Of a stretch of DNA of 64,000 bases, positions 27,699 to 37,197 are shown piece after piece (positions within the stretch are counted from its first letter, which is position 1; each line of letters begins with the position of its first letter). The stretch spans positions 266 to 64,265 of the forward strand of contig CABWKN010000093.1 of the NCBI GenBank assembly GCA_902505605.1. The letters run 5' to 3'. A program made the translations under genes and the position numbers. This DNA comes from Candidatus Guanabacterium sedimentis (lineage in GTDB: Bacteria > Acidobacteriota > B3-B38 > Guanabaribacteriales > B3-B38). The notes beneath the pieces were generated by a model, which did not search any database, was not told where the DNA came from, and saw only the letters and a list, made by a program, of their open reading frames with translations.

Positions 27699-29807
27699 CT
27701 ATCCCACCAATTTCAATCCAAACCTCTTTTCCCAGTTGTTCTGTACGAACCTGATCAAGGGATCTGCAGCTAATCGACCTGTCCGCTCAAGGTAGTTAAA
27801 GTAAGAAAAAGCTTCTTTTCTCGCACGCTCCAGCAAATGGTGATCTCTCACCAGATTTCCCACCCGGAGGTCGGGCATTCCTGTCTGGCGGGTGCCGAAG
27901 AACTCCCCCGGTCCTCGCAGCTCAAGGTCTTTTTCGGCGATGTAGAAGCCATCGCTGCTCTGTTTGATTGCCTGCAGCCGCTGTCGAGCCTCAGGAGTAA
28001 TGGGGCTGTCAGCCATGAGAATGCAATAGGATTTAGTATCCCCTCTGCCGATGCGCCCCCGTAGCTGATGAAGTTGGGACAGCCCAAAGCGGTCGGCATG
28101 TTCGATAACCATCACCGTGGCGGTGGGGACATCGACTCCTTCCTCTATTACGGTGGTTGCTACCAGAATATCTGTCTCCCCAGCGGTGAATGCCCTCATC
28201 ACCTCCTCCTTTTCCCCACTCTTCATCCGCCCGTGAATGAGAGCCACCTTGAAGTCGGGGAAAACCTCTTTTTTAAGCCGCGCTGCCATCTCCCTGGCAG
28301 CTTTCAGCTCTAATTTTTCCGAGGGCTCCACTACAGGATAGACGAGGTAAATCTGTCCCCCTTGGCTTATCTTCTTCTTGATAAAGTTGTAGACCTCCTT
28401 TCTGCTTTTCTCGCTTTTGTATACGGTGGTTATTGGTTTTCGCCCCGGTGGAAGCTGATCTATTACAGATATGTCAAGGTCTCCGTAGAAGGTGAGGGCT
28501 AATGAGCGGGGTATCGGAGTGGCGGTCATAATTAGCACATTGGGGAACTCACCTTTTCTGATCAGCCTGGAGCGCTGCATCACGCCAAATCGGTGCTGTT
28601 CGTCAATTACCACCAGACCGAGCTTATAGAAGTAAACCCCCTCCTGTATAATAGCGTGAGTGCCCACTACCAGGTTGACTTTTCCTTCTTTAATATCTTT
28701 CCGGATTTGCTCCCTCTCTTCCTTTTTTACCCCCCGACTGAGGAGGGCGATGCGGTAGGAGCTGTGGGAGAGGAGGGACCTGATGGTGGCGTAGTGTTGT
28801 TCTGCCAGAATCTCTGTAGGCGCCATAAGGGCAGCTTGGTAGCCGTTCTCTATGGCGATGAGTATCGCCAGCAGGGCGACGATGGTCTTTCCGGAGCCCA
28901 CATCCCCCTGCAAGAGGCGGTTCATCGCCTGAGGCGACTTCATATCTTCTACTATCTCCTTCAGAACCTTACGCTGAGCAGGCGTCAGATGGAAGGGAAG
29001 GGTTTTTTTCAGCACCTCGCGAATGTGGTTATTGATGGAGAAAGTAATGCCCTTATCTTTAGGAGAATACCTTCTCTTTCTCAAAGCTAAGCCAGCCTGT
29101 AAGAGGAAGAACTCCTCAAAAATGAGATGCTTATGGGCAAGGGAGCGAAACCTGTTCAGTTCATCGATTGATGTCTTCGCTGGGGGGAAATGGACCTCCT
29201 TCAATGCTCTCCATTTGGGGATCAGCCCCAGGCGCTTACTTATCTGCTGGGGTATGATTTCCGGGATGTGCTCGGTGAGCTCTCCAACCAGATGATAGAG
29301 TATTTTCCTGTATAATTTTACCGATAATCCGGTGATTCTGGAGTAGATGGGGACTATTCTCCCCATATGGATGGAAGGAGTCTCATTTTCATCAGATATT
29401 TCGTATTCGGGATTTTCCAACTGTAATGTAAAGCTCTTTTGGTAGCTTAGTTTCACGGTCCCGTGCAGGAGCACCCTCTGCCCGGCCCGAAAAACCTCAT
29501 TGAGATAAGGTTGATTGAACCACAGGGCTTTTAGAGCTGCGGTGCCGTCGTCGACCAGCATCTGGAAGATGGTGAACCCTTTCCTCCTGGTGGTCTGAAG
29601 ATGGCAATCCAGGATGGTGCCCAGAATGGTCACTTCTTCGCCCGCTTTCACATCGGATATTTTTTTGAAATGCTCCCGGTCTTCATAGCGATAAGGGAAG
29701 CGGTAAAGGGCGTCTTCAGCGGTCTGGATGCCCGCTTTTTTTAATATTTTTCCCCGAAAGGGACCTACGCCCTTTACATACTGTATTGGAGTGGAAAGTT
29801 CCAGCAT
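27699..29807 (-). CDS. recG: ATP-dependent DNA helicase RecG
   Basis: LLQGDVGSGKT, DEQHRFGV, MTATPIPRSL, QLRGRIGRG, DLELRGPGE. Confidence 0.98.
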   Translation of the reverse strand: MLELSTPIQYVKGVGPFRGKILKKAGIQTAEDALYRFPYRYEDREHFKKISDVKAGEEVTILGTILDCHLQTTRRKGFTIFQMLVDDGTAALKALWFNQPYLNEVFRAGQRVLLHGTVKLSYQKSFTLQLENPEYEISDENETPSIHMGRIVPIYSRITGLSVKLYRKILYHLVGELTEHIPEIIPQQISKRLGLIPKWRALKEVHFPPAKTSIDELNRFRSLAHKHLIFEEFFLLQAGLALRKRRYSPKDKGITFSINNHIREVLKKTLPFHLTPAQRKVLKEIVEDMKSPQAMNRLLQGDVGSGKTIVALLAILIAIENGYQAALMAPTEILAEQHYATIRSLLSHSSYRIALLSRGVKKEEREQIRKDIKEGKVNLVVGTHAIIQEGVYFYKLGLVVIDEQHRFGVMQRSRLIRKGEFPNVLIMTATPIPRSLALTFYGDLDISVIDQLPPGRKPITTVYKSEKSRKEVYNFIKKKISQGGQIYLVYPVVEPSEKLELKAAREMAARLKKEVFPDFKVALIHGRMKSGEKEEVMRAFTAGETDILVATTVIEEGVDVPTATVMVIEHADRFGLSQLHQLRGRIGRGDTKSYCILMADSPITPEARQRLQAIKQSSDGFYIAEKDLELRGPGEFFGTRQTGMPDLRVGNLVRDHHLLERARKEAFSYFNYLERTGRLAADPLIRFVQNNWEKRFGLKLVG

Positions 29808-30010
29808 TGTTTACCAAGCTAACAAGCGCTGTTAGCCTTTAAGATATGGCTCACCGTTGATAAACAGCTCAGAAATTTTAAAGCTAATTTCTTAAAAATT
29901 CATTTTATCTTTAACTCCTTAAGTAGTCAAGAGATAATTGCTCCTCAGGATTTTGGGAAGGTTGACGTCTTACATTTGAACTGCTACAATCTGGTCAAAA
30001 GGAGGGGTTT

Positions 30011-30805
30011 TTGAGCTCTATAGCGGTCATTGTTGCTCTGTCCTCTGAGCTCGCGGTGCTGCGGAAGAGGACTAACTCGATAATAAAGAGAGAGATAGGA
30101 GAGGTAAGATTTTTTCTGGGTAAGGCTGGCGGTCAACAGGTAATGCTGGTTCAATCGGGAGTCGGCTATAGAAAAGCACAGAGGGCTACTTCCTTGCTGC
30201 TGGAAAGCTACTCCCCAGAGTTGATTGTTTCCGCTGGCTACACGGGAGCGCTCCAGCCGCACCTCGGGGCAGCTGAGCTGGTCATCGCCCCGGAGATATA
30301 TGAGAGAGATTTGCAAGAAAAAAAAGGGAATGAGCAAGTTGAGGCTATAAGATTATCTGTAAGAATTGAGGACAGTATAGTGAGCTTTGCCCGGCAATTG
30401 GCAGAGGAGATGGGACTTCGTTATCATGATGGCAACCTTATGACATCGGCGAAGGTGGTTTCCGACCCGGCGAGCAAAGGGTTGCTGGGGCAAGAGCACC
30501 CCCTGGTAGCTGTTGATATGGAGACCGCAGCCGTCGGAAGGATGGCGGAAAAGAGTGGCATCCCCTTCCTTAGCATTCGCTCCGTTCTCGACCCCTTAGA
30601 CCTGAAGATAGACCTCCCCTGGGAACAATTTATTGACAGGCGAAGGCAGGTAAAGTTTGGATACAAGGTCGTATACTTCCTCAAGCAGCCATGGGTAGTT
30701 TGGCAGTTTATGAGAATATATAGAAATATGAGGCAGGCTTCTGCTGCTCTGGGTAAATATATTTACCATCTCATCCTCAATTGGGATAGGTTTGCCCGAT
30801 CGTAA
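30011..30805 (+). CDS. Purine/uridine phosphorylase-fold nucleosidase (MtnN/HpnG-like)
   Basis: VIVAL..E, SGVG, SAGYTGAL, AVDMETAAV, SIRSVLD. Confidence 0.75.
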   Translation: MSSIAVIVALSSELAVLRKRTNSIIKREIGEVRFFLGKAGGQQVMLVQSGVGYRKAQRATSLLLESYSPELIVSAGYTGALQPHLGAAELVIAPEIYERDLQEKKGNEQVEAIRLSVRIEDSIVSFARQLAEEMGLRYHDGNLMTSAKVVSDPASKGLLGQEHPLVAVDMETAAVGRMAEKSGIPFLSIRSVLDPLDLKIDLPWEQFIDRRRQVKFGYKVVYFLKQPWVVWQFMRIYRNMRQASAALGKYIYHLILNWDRFARS

Positions 30806-30988
30806 AAATATGAAGGGACTACTGACTCTCAAAAACTCCCTTGTGAGCAAAAAGGGCAGCGACTTGAAAGGGCTTCATTAGATGAATGTTGACCCCAGGG
30901 AGGAAAGTTCGTGTTGACTTGACGCCTCTAATAGGAGTAAACTAAGGGATTTGCTATGAATTTTTTAATTATATAAGGGGTGAGCTTT

Positions 30989-32038
30989 ATGCCTTCAAGA
31001 AGAATATGCGTAGTGACCTCTGATGTCCCCTTTGTCAGCGGGGGGCATCTGACCATTGCTCGCTCGTTGGTTCTCCAGCTGCGCGAGTTTGGCTACTATG
31101 CCGACCTGGTGCTCACTCCACAGAATCGATTTGGGCGGCAGTTGTCCGCTTATTTAGCCACCTGGTTTACCGATGTAGGTTTGACGGGGGATGAGGAGCA
31201 GATAGACCAGGTTATTTCCTTTCGCTACCCCAGCTATGCGGTTCGCCATCCCAACCATATATGCTGGCTGAACCATCGGATGAGGGAGTATTATGACCTG
31301 TGGGATGCTTTTTACCTTACATTGAGCTGGAAAGGAAGAATGAAGGAACTGATCCGCCGCTTTCTCATCCATAAGATTGATAATTACCTTTTGAAAAAGA
31401 GACTTAAGAGACTTTATGCTCAGTCGAAAACCATCCAATCGAGACTCCTCCGCTGGGGAGGGATACCCTCCCAGGTGCTTTATCCCCCTGCACCGGTGAG
31501 GAGATACCGCACCTCGGCTTACCAGAACTTTATTTTTGCCGTCTCTCGACTGGACAGATTGAAACGGTTGGACCTCCTGATAGATGCCATTGCTATGGTA
31601 AAAAGCCGGGGGATTAGATGCCTTATCGCTGGAGAGGGAAAGGAGGGGGATAATCTCCTTCGTAAGATAAAGGAGAAAGGGCTGGAAGGTAGGGTGAGAT
31701 TACTGGGATGGGTGGATGATACTACTCTCATTGACTATTATGCTCGATGTCGCGGGGTATTTTTCGGTCCTTTGAATGAGGATTATGGGCTGGTTACCTT
31801 AGAAGCTTTTAGCTCCCGCAAGCCGGTCCTCACCTGTCAGGACAGTGGAGGACCTTCCGAGTTGGTAGAGGATGGGGTATCAGGTTTCGTTGTCCCTCCC
31901 GTGCCCGCTATGATAGCCGAGAGGATAGACCTGATGGCTGAAAACCCTGCTCTTTGCCAGCAGATGGGGGAGAATGGCTTTGAACTCGCCCTCGGGATAA
32001 CCTGGGAGAAGGTCATCCAGGAGCTCACAAGGGAATAG
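30989..32038 (+). CDS. Glycosyltransferase family 4 (GT-B)
   Basis: VSRLDRLKRLDLLI and EDYGLVTLEAF (E-x7-E), SGGPSELV. Confidence 0.9.
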   Translation: MPSRRICVVTSDVPFVSGGHLTIARSLVLQLREFGYYADLVLTPQNRFGRQLSAYLATWFTDVGLTGDEEQIDQVISFRYPSYAVRHPNHICWLNHRMREYYDLWDAFYLTLSWKGRMKELIRRFLIHKIDNYLLKKRLKRLYAQSKTIQSRLLRWGGIPSQVLYPPAPVRRYRTSAYQNFIFAVSRLDRLKRLDLLIDAIAMVKSRGIRCLIAGEGKEGDNLLRKIKEKGLEGRVRLLGWVDDTTLIDYYARCRGVFFGPLNEDYGLVTLEAFSSRKPVLTCQDSGGPSELVEDGVSGFVVPPVPAMIAERIDLMAENPALCQQMGENGFELALGITWEKVIQELTRE

Positions 32039-32082
32039 GGTTCTCCCCACAGTGGGTGTTCTTTTTTATCTGGAGCTTAACG

Positions 32083-32775
32083 ATGGTAGAGCACGGAGCT
32101 GATGACAAGATAAGCCCTAAAATTTACCCGCTACCCATCATTTATCATATATACCTCACACTTTACAAGGCGTTCGGTCCTCAGCATTGGTGGCCCGCCG
32201 AGAGCCCGTTTGAAGTGATAATGGGCGCCATCCTCACCCAAAATACTGCCTGGGTCAATGTAGAGAAAGCTCTGACAAACCTTAAGGAAGCGAAGATTTT
32301 CAACCCCCAATCTCTATATCAGACCGACCTTGAGACCCTTTCTCTTCTGATTCGCCCCGCCGGCTACTATAATCAGAAGGCGCGGAAGATTAATAATTTT
32401 CTCCACTTTTTCTTTTCCAGCTATAGGGGTGAACTATCCTGCATGTGGCAGGAAAGTCTGAAAATTCTGAGGGATAAGATGTTAAAAGTACGGGGAATTG
32501 GGGAGGAGACGGCTGATTCCATTCTCCTTTATGCTGGGGGTAAGCCGATTTTTGTAGTTGATGCCTACACCATGCGGGTGGTTAAACGTCATCAACTGGT
32601 TGAGGAGAAAGCTTATTATGGCGAGGTACAGCAGCTGTTTATGAGGAATCTCCCCCGTATTACCGAGCTTTACAATGAGTATCATGCCCTGCTCGTGCGC
32701 ATTGGTAAAGAGTTCTGCGGCAAAAGAGAGCCCCTGTGCCAACTGTGCCCTCTGCGTGGATACCTGAAAGGATGA
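32083..32775 (+). CDS. Endonuclease III-related HhH-GPD protein
   Basis: WWPAESPFEV, GAILTQNTAW, IRPAGYYNQKA, GIGEETADSILLY, FVVDAY. Confidence 0.88.
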   Translation: MVEHGADDKISPKIYPLPIIYHIYLTLYKAFGPQHWWPAESPFEVIMGAILTQNTAWVNVEKALTNLKEAKIFNPQSLYQTDLETLSLLIRPAGYYNQKARKINNFLHFFFSSYRGELSCMWQESLKILRDKMLKVRGIGEETADSILLYAGGKPIFVVDAYTMRVVKRHQLVEEKAYYGEVQQLFMRNLPRITELYNEYHALLVRIGKEFCGKREPLCQLCPLRGYLKG

Positions 32776-32788
32776 AGGAGAACTGGTA

Positions 32789-34351
32789 ATGGCTGTTCAC
32801 TCTGGTAAAAGTGAAAGGAGTGGGAGGTGGCTTTTCTCCCGCAGACGAGTGGGAGGTTTATGGCTGGGTATATTTCTTTTTCTGATGATGCTTATGCTTC
32901 CAAGGCCAGCCGGAATGAGCCCTTCTGCTCAAAGGATGGCGGCTATTGCTCTGCTTATGGCCTGCTGGTGGATCAGCGAGGCAATCCCCATTGCGGCGAC
33001 CGCTTTGGTCCCCTTGGTGGCTTATCCCCTGTTGAAGATTCTCCCCACCGGCGAAGTAGCGCGCTCTTATGCTACCCACAACATCTTCCTCTTTATGGGG
33101 GGCTTTTTTATATCGATGGCCATGCGGAAGTGGAATCTCCACCGAAGGATTGCTCTCCATATCATTTCTTGGGTGGGATTCAAACCCAGTCGCATAGTTC
33201 TTGGTTTTATGCTTTCTACTGCTTTCCTGTCCATGTGGATTTCTGATACTGCCACTGCGATGATGATGTTCCCCATTGCTCTGTCTGTTATCTCTCATGC
33301 CGCAGAGGTGGGAGAAAAGGGAAGTGTGAAGGGACGAATAGGTGATTTTGGCTTCACATTAATGCTTGGAATAGCATACTCATCGGTAATAGGTGGCGTA
33401 GGTACTTTGATTGGCACCCCTCCGAATATCATTTTTGCCGGAACTCTGAAGACCCTTTATCCTAAGGTAGCGGAGTTCGACTTTTTCCACTGGATGATGG
33501 TAGGCGTTCCCTTTGTCATCCTTTTCATACCCCTGGCATGGTTGTATCTGGTGCGAGTTGCCACATCTACCAGTAAGCAAGATTTTCTGGGCAGCGGAGG
33601 AATTATAAAAGAGGAGCTGAAGAAGTTAGGTCCCATGAGCCGAGGAGAGAGGTACACCATGATTATCTTTGCCAGCACGGCTTTTCTGTGGATATTCCGG
33701 CAAAATATAAAAATTGGGGATGTGATAATCCCCGGTTGGTCAGACCTGCTGGGGATTGGGCAATATGTTCAAGACTCCACCGTGGCCATCGCCATGGCGT
33801 TAGTTATGTTCTTCCTGCCAGTTGACATTCGTAAGGGAGAGTTTTTGTTAGATTGGGAGTGGGCGAAACGTATTCCCTGGGGTATCCTGATTTTATTTGG
33901 AGGGGGCTTCGCCCTGGCAAGTGGCTTCAATCAGACAGGATTAGCAGGCTGGATAGGAGGTAATTTGAAGGGATTGGGAGCGGTACCGGTGTTCGGCATG
34001 GTCTTGTTGGTCTCCCTGCTGATGACATTCCTGACGGAAGTCACCTCTAATACTGCTACCGCTACTACTTTTATGCCTATATTAGCCGCTACGGCTTCAG
34101 CCATCAGGGTACATCCCTTTATGCTGATGATTCCAGCCACTATGTCAGCTTCTTGTGCTTTTATGCTTCCGGTAGCCACCCCTCCCAATGCCATAGTTTT
34201 CGGCAGCGGATACCTGACCATCCCCAAGATGGCAAGAGTGGGGGTAGTAATGAATTTCATCGGAGCAGCTTTGATATTTATTATTATGTATTTTCTGGCA
34301 GTCCCCGTGCTGGGAATTGAGCCATGGGGGCTTCCCTCCTGGGCGCAGTAA
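32789..34351 (+). CDS. DASS/SLC13-family sodium:dicarboxylate/sulfate symporter
   Basis: Highly hydrophobic; LSMWISDTAT, GTLIGTPPN, TEVTSNTAT, FMLPVATPPNAIV. Confidence 0.93.
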   Translation: MAVHSGKSERSGRWLFSRRRVGGLWLGIFLFLMMLMLPRPAGMSPSAQRMAAIALLMACWWISEAIPIAATALVPLVAYPLLKILPTGEVARSYATHNIFLFMGGFFISMAMRKWNLHRRIALHIISWVGFKPSRIVLGFMLSTAFLSMWISDTATAMMMFPIALSVISHAAEVGEKGSVKGRIGDFGFTLMLGIAYSSVIGGVGTLIGTPPNIIFAGTLKTLYPKVAEFDFFHWMMVGVPFVILFIPLAWLYLVRVATSTSKQDFLGSGGIIKEELKKLGPMSRGERYTMIIFASTAFLWIFRQNIKIGDVIIPGWSDLLGIGQYVQDSTVAIAMALVMFFLPVDIRKGEFLLDWEWAKRIPWGILILFGGGFALASGFNQTGLAGWIGGNLKGLGAVPVFGMVLLVSLLMTFLTEVTSNTATATTFMPILAATASAIRVHPFMLMIPATMSASCAFMLPVATPPNAIVFGSGYLTIPKMARVGVVMNFIGAALIFIIMYFLAVPVLGIEPWGLPSWAQ

Positions 34352-34358
34352 AGAAAGC

Positions 34359-35255
34359 TCAATAGCGGAGGAATTTTCTTATGGATATGAAGCTTCCTAT
34401 TAATCCCACCAGGGTTCCTCCGCCGATTATCCCCAGCCAGTATTCTAAGGGAAGGAAAGTAAATAGAAGGAAGCCGAAGAGCAAATTGTAAGAGAGTGCC
34501 AGATAATAAGATACCAGTCTGTAAGAGAGGTAGAGAAGCCCAATAGAGATGATGCCCGCTATGAAGCCCTGAAGCATTCCTTCCACCAGGAAGGGACCTT
34601 TGATAAACCAGTTGGAAGCTCCCACCAGCTTCATAATATCTATTTCGTCCTTCCGAGCATAGGCGAGTAGTCTGATTACATTAGAGGTGGTAGAGACGGC
34701 GGAGAAGACCAGCACTCCCACCAGAAATATCCCTATGACCCTGATGAGCTTCATAACGGCGCTCAAACGCTCTATCCACTGGAGGTCGTAGCTGACCTCC
34801 TTAACTCCGTCCAGCCTTTGCAGCCTGCTGGCTAATCTTTTTATCCCATCAATTGTCTGATACTCTTTTTTTATCTTTAGCTCGTAGGATGGGGGAAAGG
34901 GATTCCCGCCTATATCATCGGGGAGGGTCTGAAGAGAAGGAAAGAGGGTTTGAAACCTTTGTAGAGCTTCCTGTTTGCTTATATACACAAATTCTCCTAT
35001 CTCGGGGAGGATACTCAGCCTCTCTTGTACATAAAGAAGAGCAGGTTCGGAGAGGTTTTCCTCTAAATATATGTTGACCTGGACATTCTCGCTCCAGCGC
35101 GCTAAAATATGGTTGAAATTGGTCGATAAAACTAGAAAGACACCCAGCACATACAAGGAGACTATTATAATGGCGATGGAAAGGAGGTTGGCCCCCTTAT
35201 TGTGCCACAGGCTTGACCATCCCTCTCGCAGAAAGTATTTAATCGCTCGCAACAT
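34359..35255 (-). CDS. ftsX: Cell division permease FtsX
   Basis: 4-TM layout with periplasmic loop; RKDEIDIMKLVGAS..FIKGPFLVEG; downstream of ftsE. Confidence 0.93.
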   Translation of the reverse strand: MLRAIKYFLREGWSSLWHNKGANLLSIAIIIVSLYVLGVFLVLSTNFNHILARWSENVQVNIYLEENLSEPALLYVQERLSILPEIGEFVYISKQEALQRFQTLFPSLQTLPDDIGGNPFPPSYELKIKKEYQTIDGIKRLASRLQRLDGVKEVSYDLQWIERLSAVMKLIRVIGIFLVGVLVFSAVSTTSNVIRLLAYARKDEIDIMKLVGASNWFIKGPFLVEGMLQGFIAGIISIGLLYLSYRLVSYYLALSYNLLFGFLLFTFLPLEYWLGIIGGGTLVGLIGSFISIRKFLRY

Positions 35256-35297
35256 CAACCTTTAATGCGAGTTTACACTGATAAATTAAGGAATGAG

Positions 35298-35960
35298 TTA
35301 ATAATATTTTACTATTTTCCCTTGGTCCAACATTATTACTCGTTTGTTAGATATACATCCAATAAGCGCCGGATTATGAGTAGCAACGACCACAGTGGTT
35401 CCTTTCTGGTTGGCTTCTTCAAAGAGACGCATAATCTCCATAGAGAGTTCGGGGTCGAGGTTACCCGTAGGCTCATCAGCCAGGAGGAGAGCCGGGTCAT
35501 TGATGAGAGCTCTTGCTATGACCACCCTCTGCTGCTCTCCACCCGAAAGCTGAGGGGGCAAAGACTTCATCTTATGATGTATATCGACCATTCGTAGCAT
35601 ATTGAAGACTTTTTTCTTGGTTACCGATACGGGAACTCCGAGGATTTTTAATACAAAGCTCACATTGTCAAAGATAGTCTTGTTATTCAGCAATTTAAAG
35701 TCCTGGAAGACGATGCCCATACTGCGCCGCAAGTAGGGTATTTTGCTCGGGGGGAGCTTGGCTATGTTTCGCCTGTTGACCAGGATTTGCCCCCGGGTGG
35801 GGAGCTCCTCCCTATAGATGAGCTTTAAAAAGGTAGTCTTGCCCGCACCGCTGGGTCCCGAAATGAAGACAAACTCCCCTTTGCGGATATGAAGCGAGAT
35901 ATCTATAAGGGCAGGAGATATAGGGTCGTAATTTTTGAAAACATTGAACATCTGAATCAT
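35298..35960 (-). CDS. ftsE: Cell division ATP-binding protein FtsE
   Basis: [45 protein letters not shown]. Confidence 0.95.
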   Translation of the reverse strand: MIQMFNVFKNYDPISPALIDISLHIRKGEFVFISGPSGAGKTTFLKLIYREELPTRGQILVNRRNIAKLPPSKIPYLRRSMGIVFQDFKLLNNKTIFDNVSFVLKILGVPVSVTKKKVFNMLRMVDIHHKMKSLPPQLSGGEQQRVVIARALINDPALLLADEPTGNLDPELSMEIMRLFEEANQKGTTVVVATHNPALIGCISNKRVIMLDQGKIVKYY

Positions 35961-36378
35961 AGCTCTCTACCCTTGACCTTTTCAATGAGCCGTTCAATAC
36001 CACAAATATTTTAATTTATAGAAATAAAAATTACAAGAGGATTACATCTTTGGATTGCATCTTCTTAACCACTCGGCACATTAGTCTAAACCGTATTGTT
36101 ATCTTTACTTTTTCTTCGACATACGCTATGATATTTTTTTAGATTAATGCAGCTCCGGTTGCGGCAGATAAGCGAGTAACAGCGGTTTTCTCTGAGGGGG
36201 ACATTCATGTTGAGTGATTGCAGTTAACCTTCAGCAGCAGAGGTTTACAAAAATGAGAGATGGGATTCTGTCATCTTTTGATGAGAGAAATCTGTTATAA
36301 TATAAAATTGAAAGGGTTGCTTAAAGCAGAAGGTGGGTTTGTCCCATCTGGCTTAGTGAGCAAGAACAGGGGAGGACA

Positions 36379-37140
36379 GTGAGGAGATTTTTTTTAGCAC
36401 TCATAATCTTGATGGTGAGCTTCGGTCTGCACACCTCCTGCTCCCAGCAGGACGAAAGGGAGAGGTTGAGAAGAGAGACCGAAGAGAAGGAATATTCAAT
36501 TCTTAGAAGCAACATGGTGGAAAAGCAGATTATAAGCAGGGGTATCCAGAATCCCAGGGTAATAGAGGCTATGGGGAAAGTCCCCCGGCATCTGTTTGTC
36601 CCGGAAAGCGGAAAAAAGTTTGCTTACAGCGACCGCCCCTTAGCTATTGGCTATGGTCAGTTTATATCGCGTCCCTATATCATAGCTCTGATGACAGAAG
36701 CTCTAAAACTGGAAGGGGGTGAAAAGGTACTGGAGATAGGGACCGGCTCCGGCTATCAATCGGCGATTATGGCGGAGATGGTCGCAGAAGTTTACTCCAT
36801 TGAAATCATCGACGACTTAGCCAATCAGGCTAAACAAAAGCTTGATCAACTCGGTTATGAAAATATCCATATTAAGGTAGCCGATGGATACCATGGTTGG
36901 AAGGAATTTGCGCTTTTTGATGACATCCTGGTGACCGCCGCCCCTGACCATATTCCTATCCCCCTTCTTGAACAGCTAAAGGTTGGGGGGCAGATGATTA
37001 TTCCTGTGGGTGAGCTTTTTCAGGAGTTAATCCTCCTGACCAAAACATCTGAGGGCTACCAGGAACAGCGAATCATACCGGTTAAGTTCGAACCTATGAC
37101 AGGGGAGGCGGAGAAAAAGAGCGAAGTGCCCCCTGATTAA
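36379..37140 (+). CDS. pcm: Protein-L-isoaspartate O-methyltransferase with N-terminal signal/lipoprotein-like sequence
   Basis: VPRHLFV, AYSDRPLAIGYGQ.IS.P, VLEIGTGSGYQ, ILVTAA; N-terminus MRRFFLALIILMVSFGLHTSC. Confidence 0.9.
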   Translation: MRRFFLALIILMVSFGLHTSCSQQDERERLRRETEEKEYSILRSNMVEKQIISRGIQNPRVIEAMGKVPRHLFVPESGKKFAYSDRPLAIGYGQFISRPYIIALMTEALKLEGGEKVLEIGTGSGYQSAIMAEMVAEVYSIEIIDDLANQAKQKLDQLGYENIHIKVADGYHGWKEFALFDDILVTAAPDHIPIPLLEQLKVGGQMIIPVGELFQELILLTKTSEGYQEQRIIPVKFEPMTGEAEKKSEVPPD

Positions 37141-37197
37141 CAGAGTTGCAAAGATGATTTTTCATCTTCTATTAGTGCTGTGGAGAAGGTGGTATCC

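Noticed and set aside
36061..36082. tRNA-like D-arm sequence (minus strand GTGCCGAGTGGTTAAG)
   Set aside because: No acceptor stem, anticodon stem or TTCRA T-loop at the expected spacing
36379..37140. Methyltransferase near the bsh genes as an N-methyl-bacillithiol synthase
   Set aside because: Motifs are clearly Pcm-type and it is separated from bshC by glyQS
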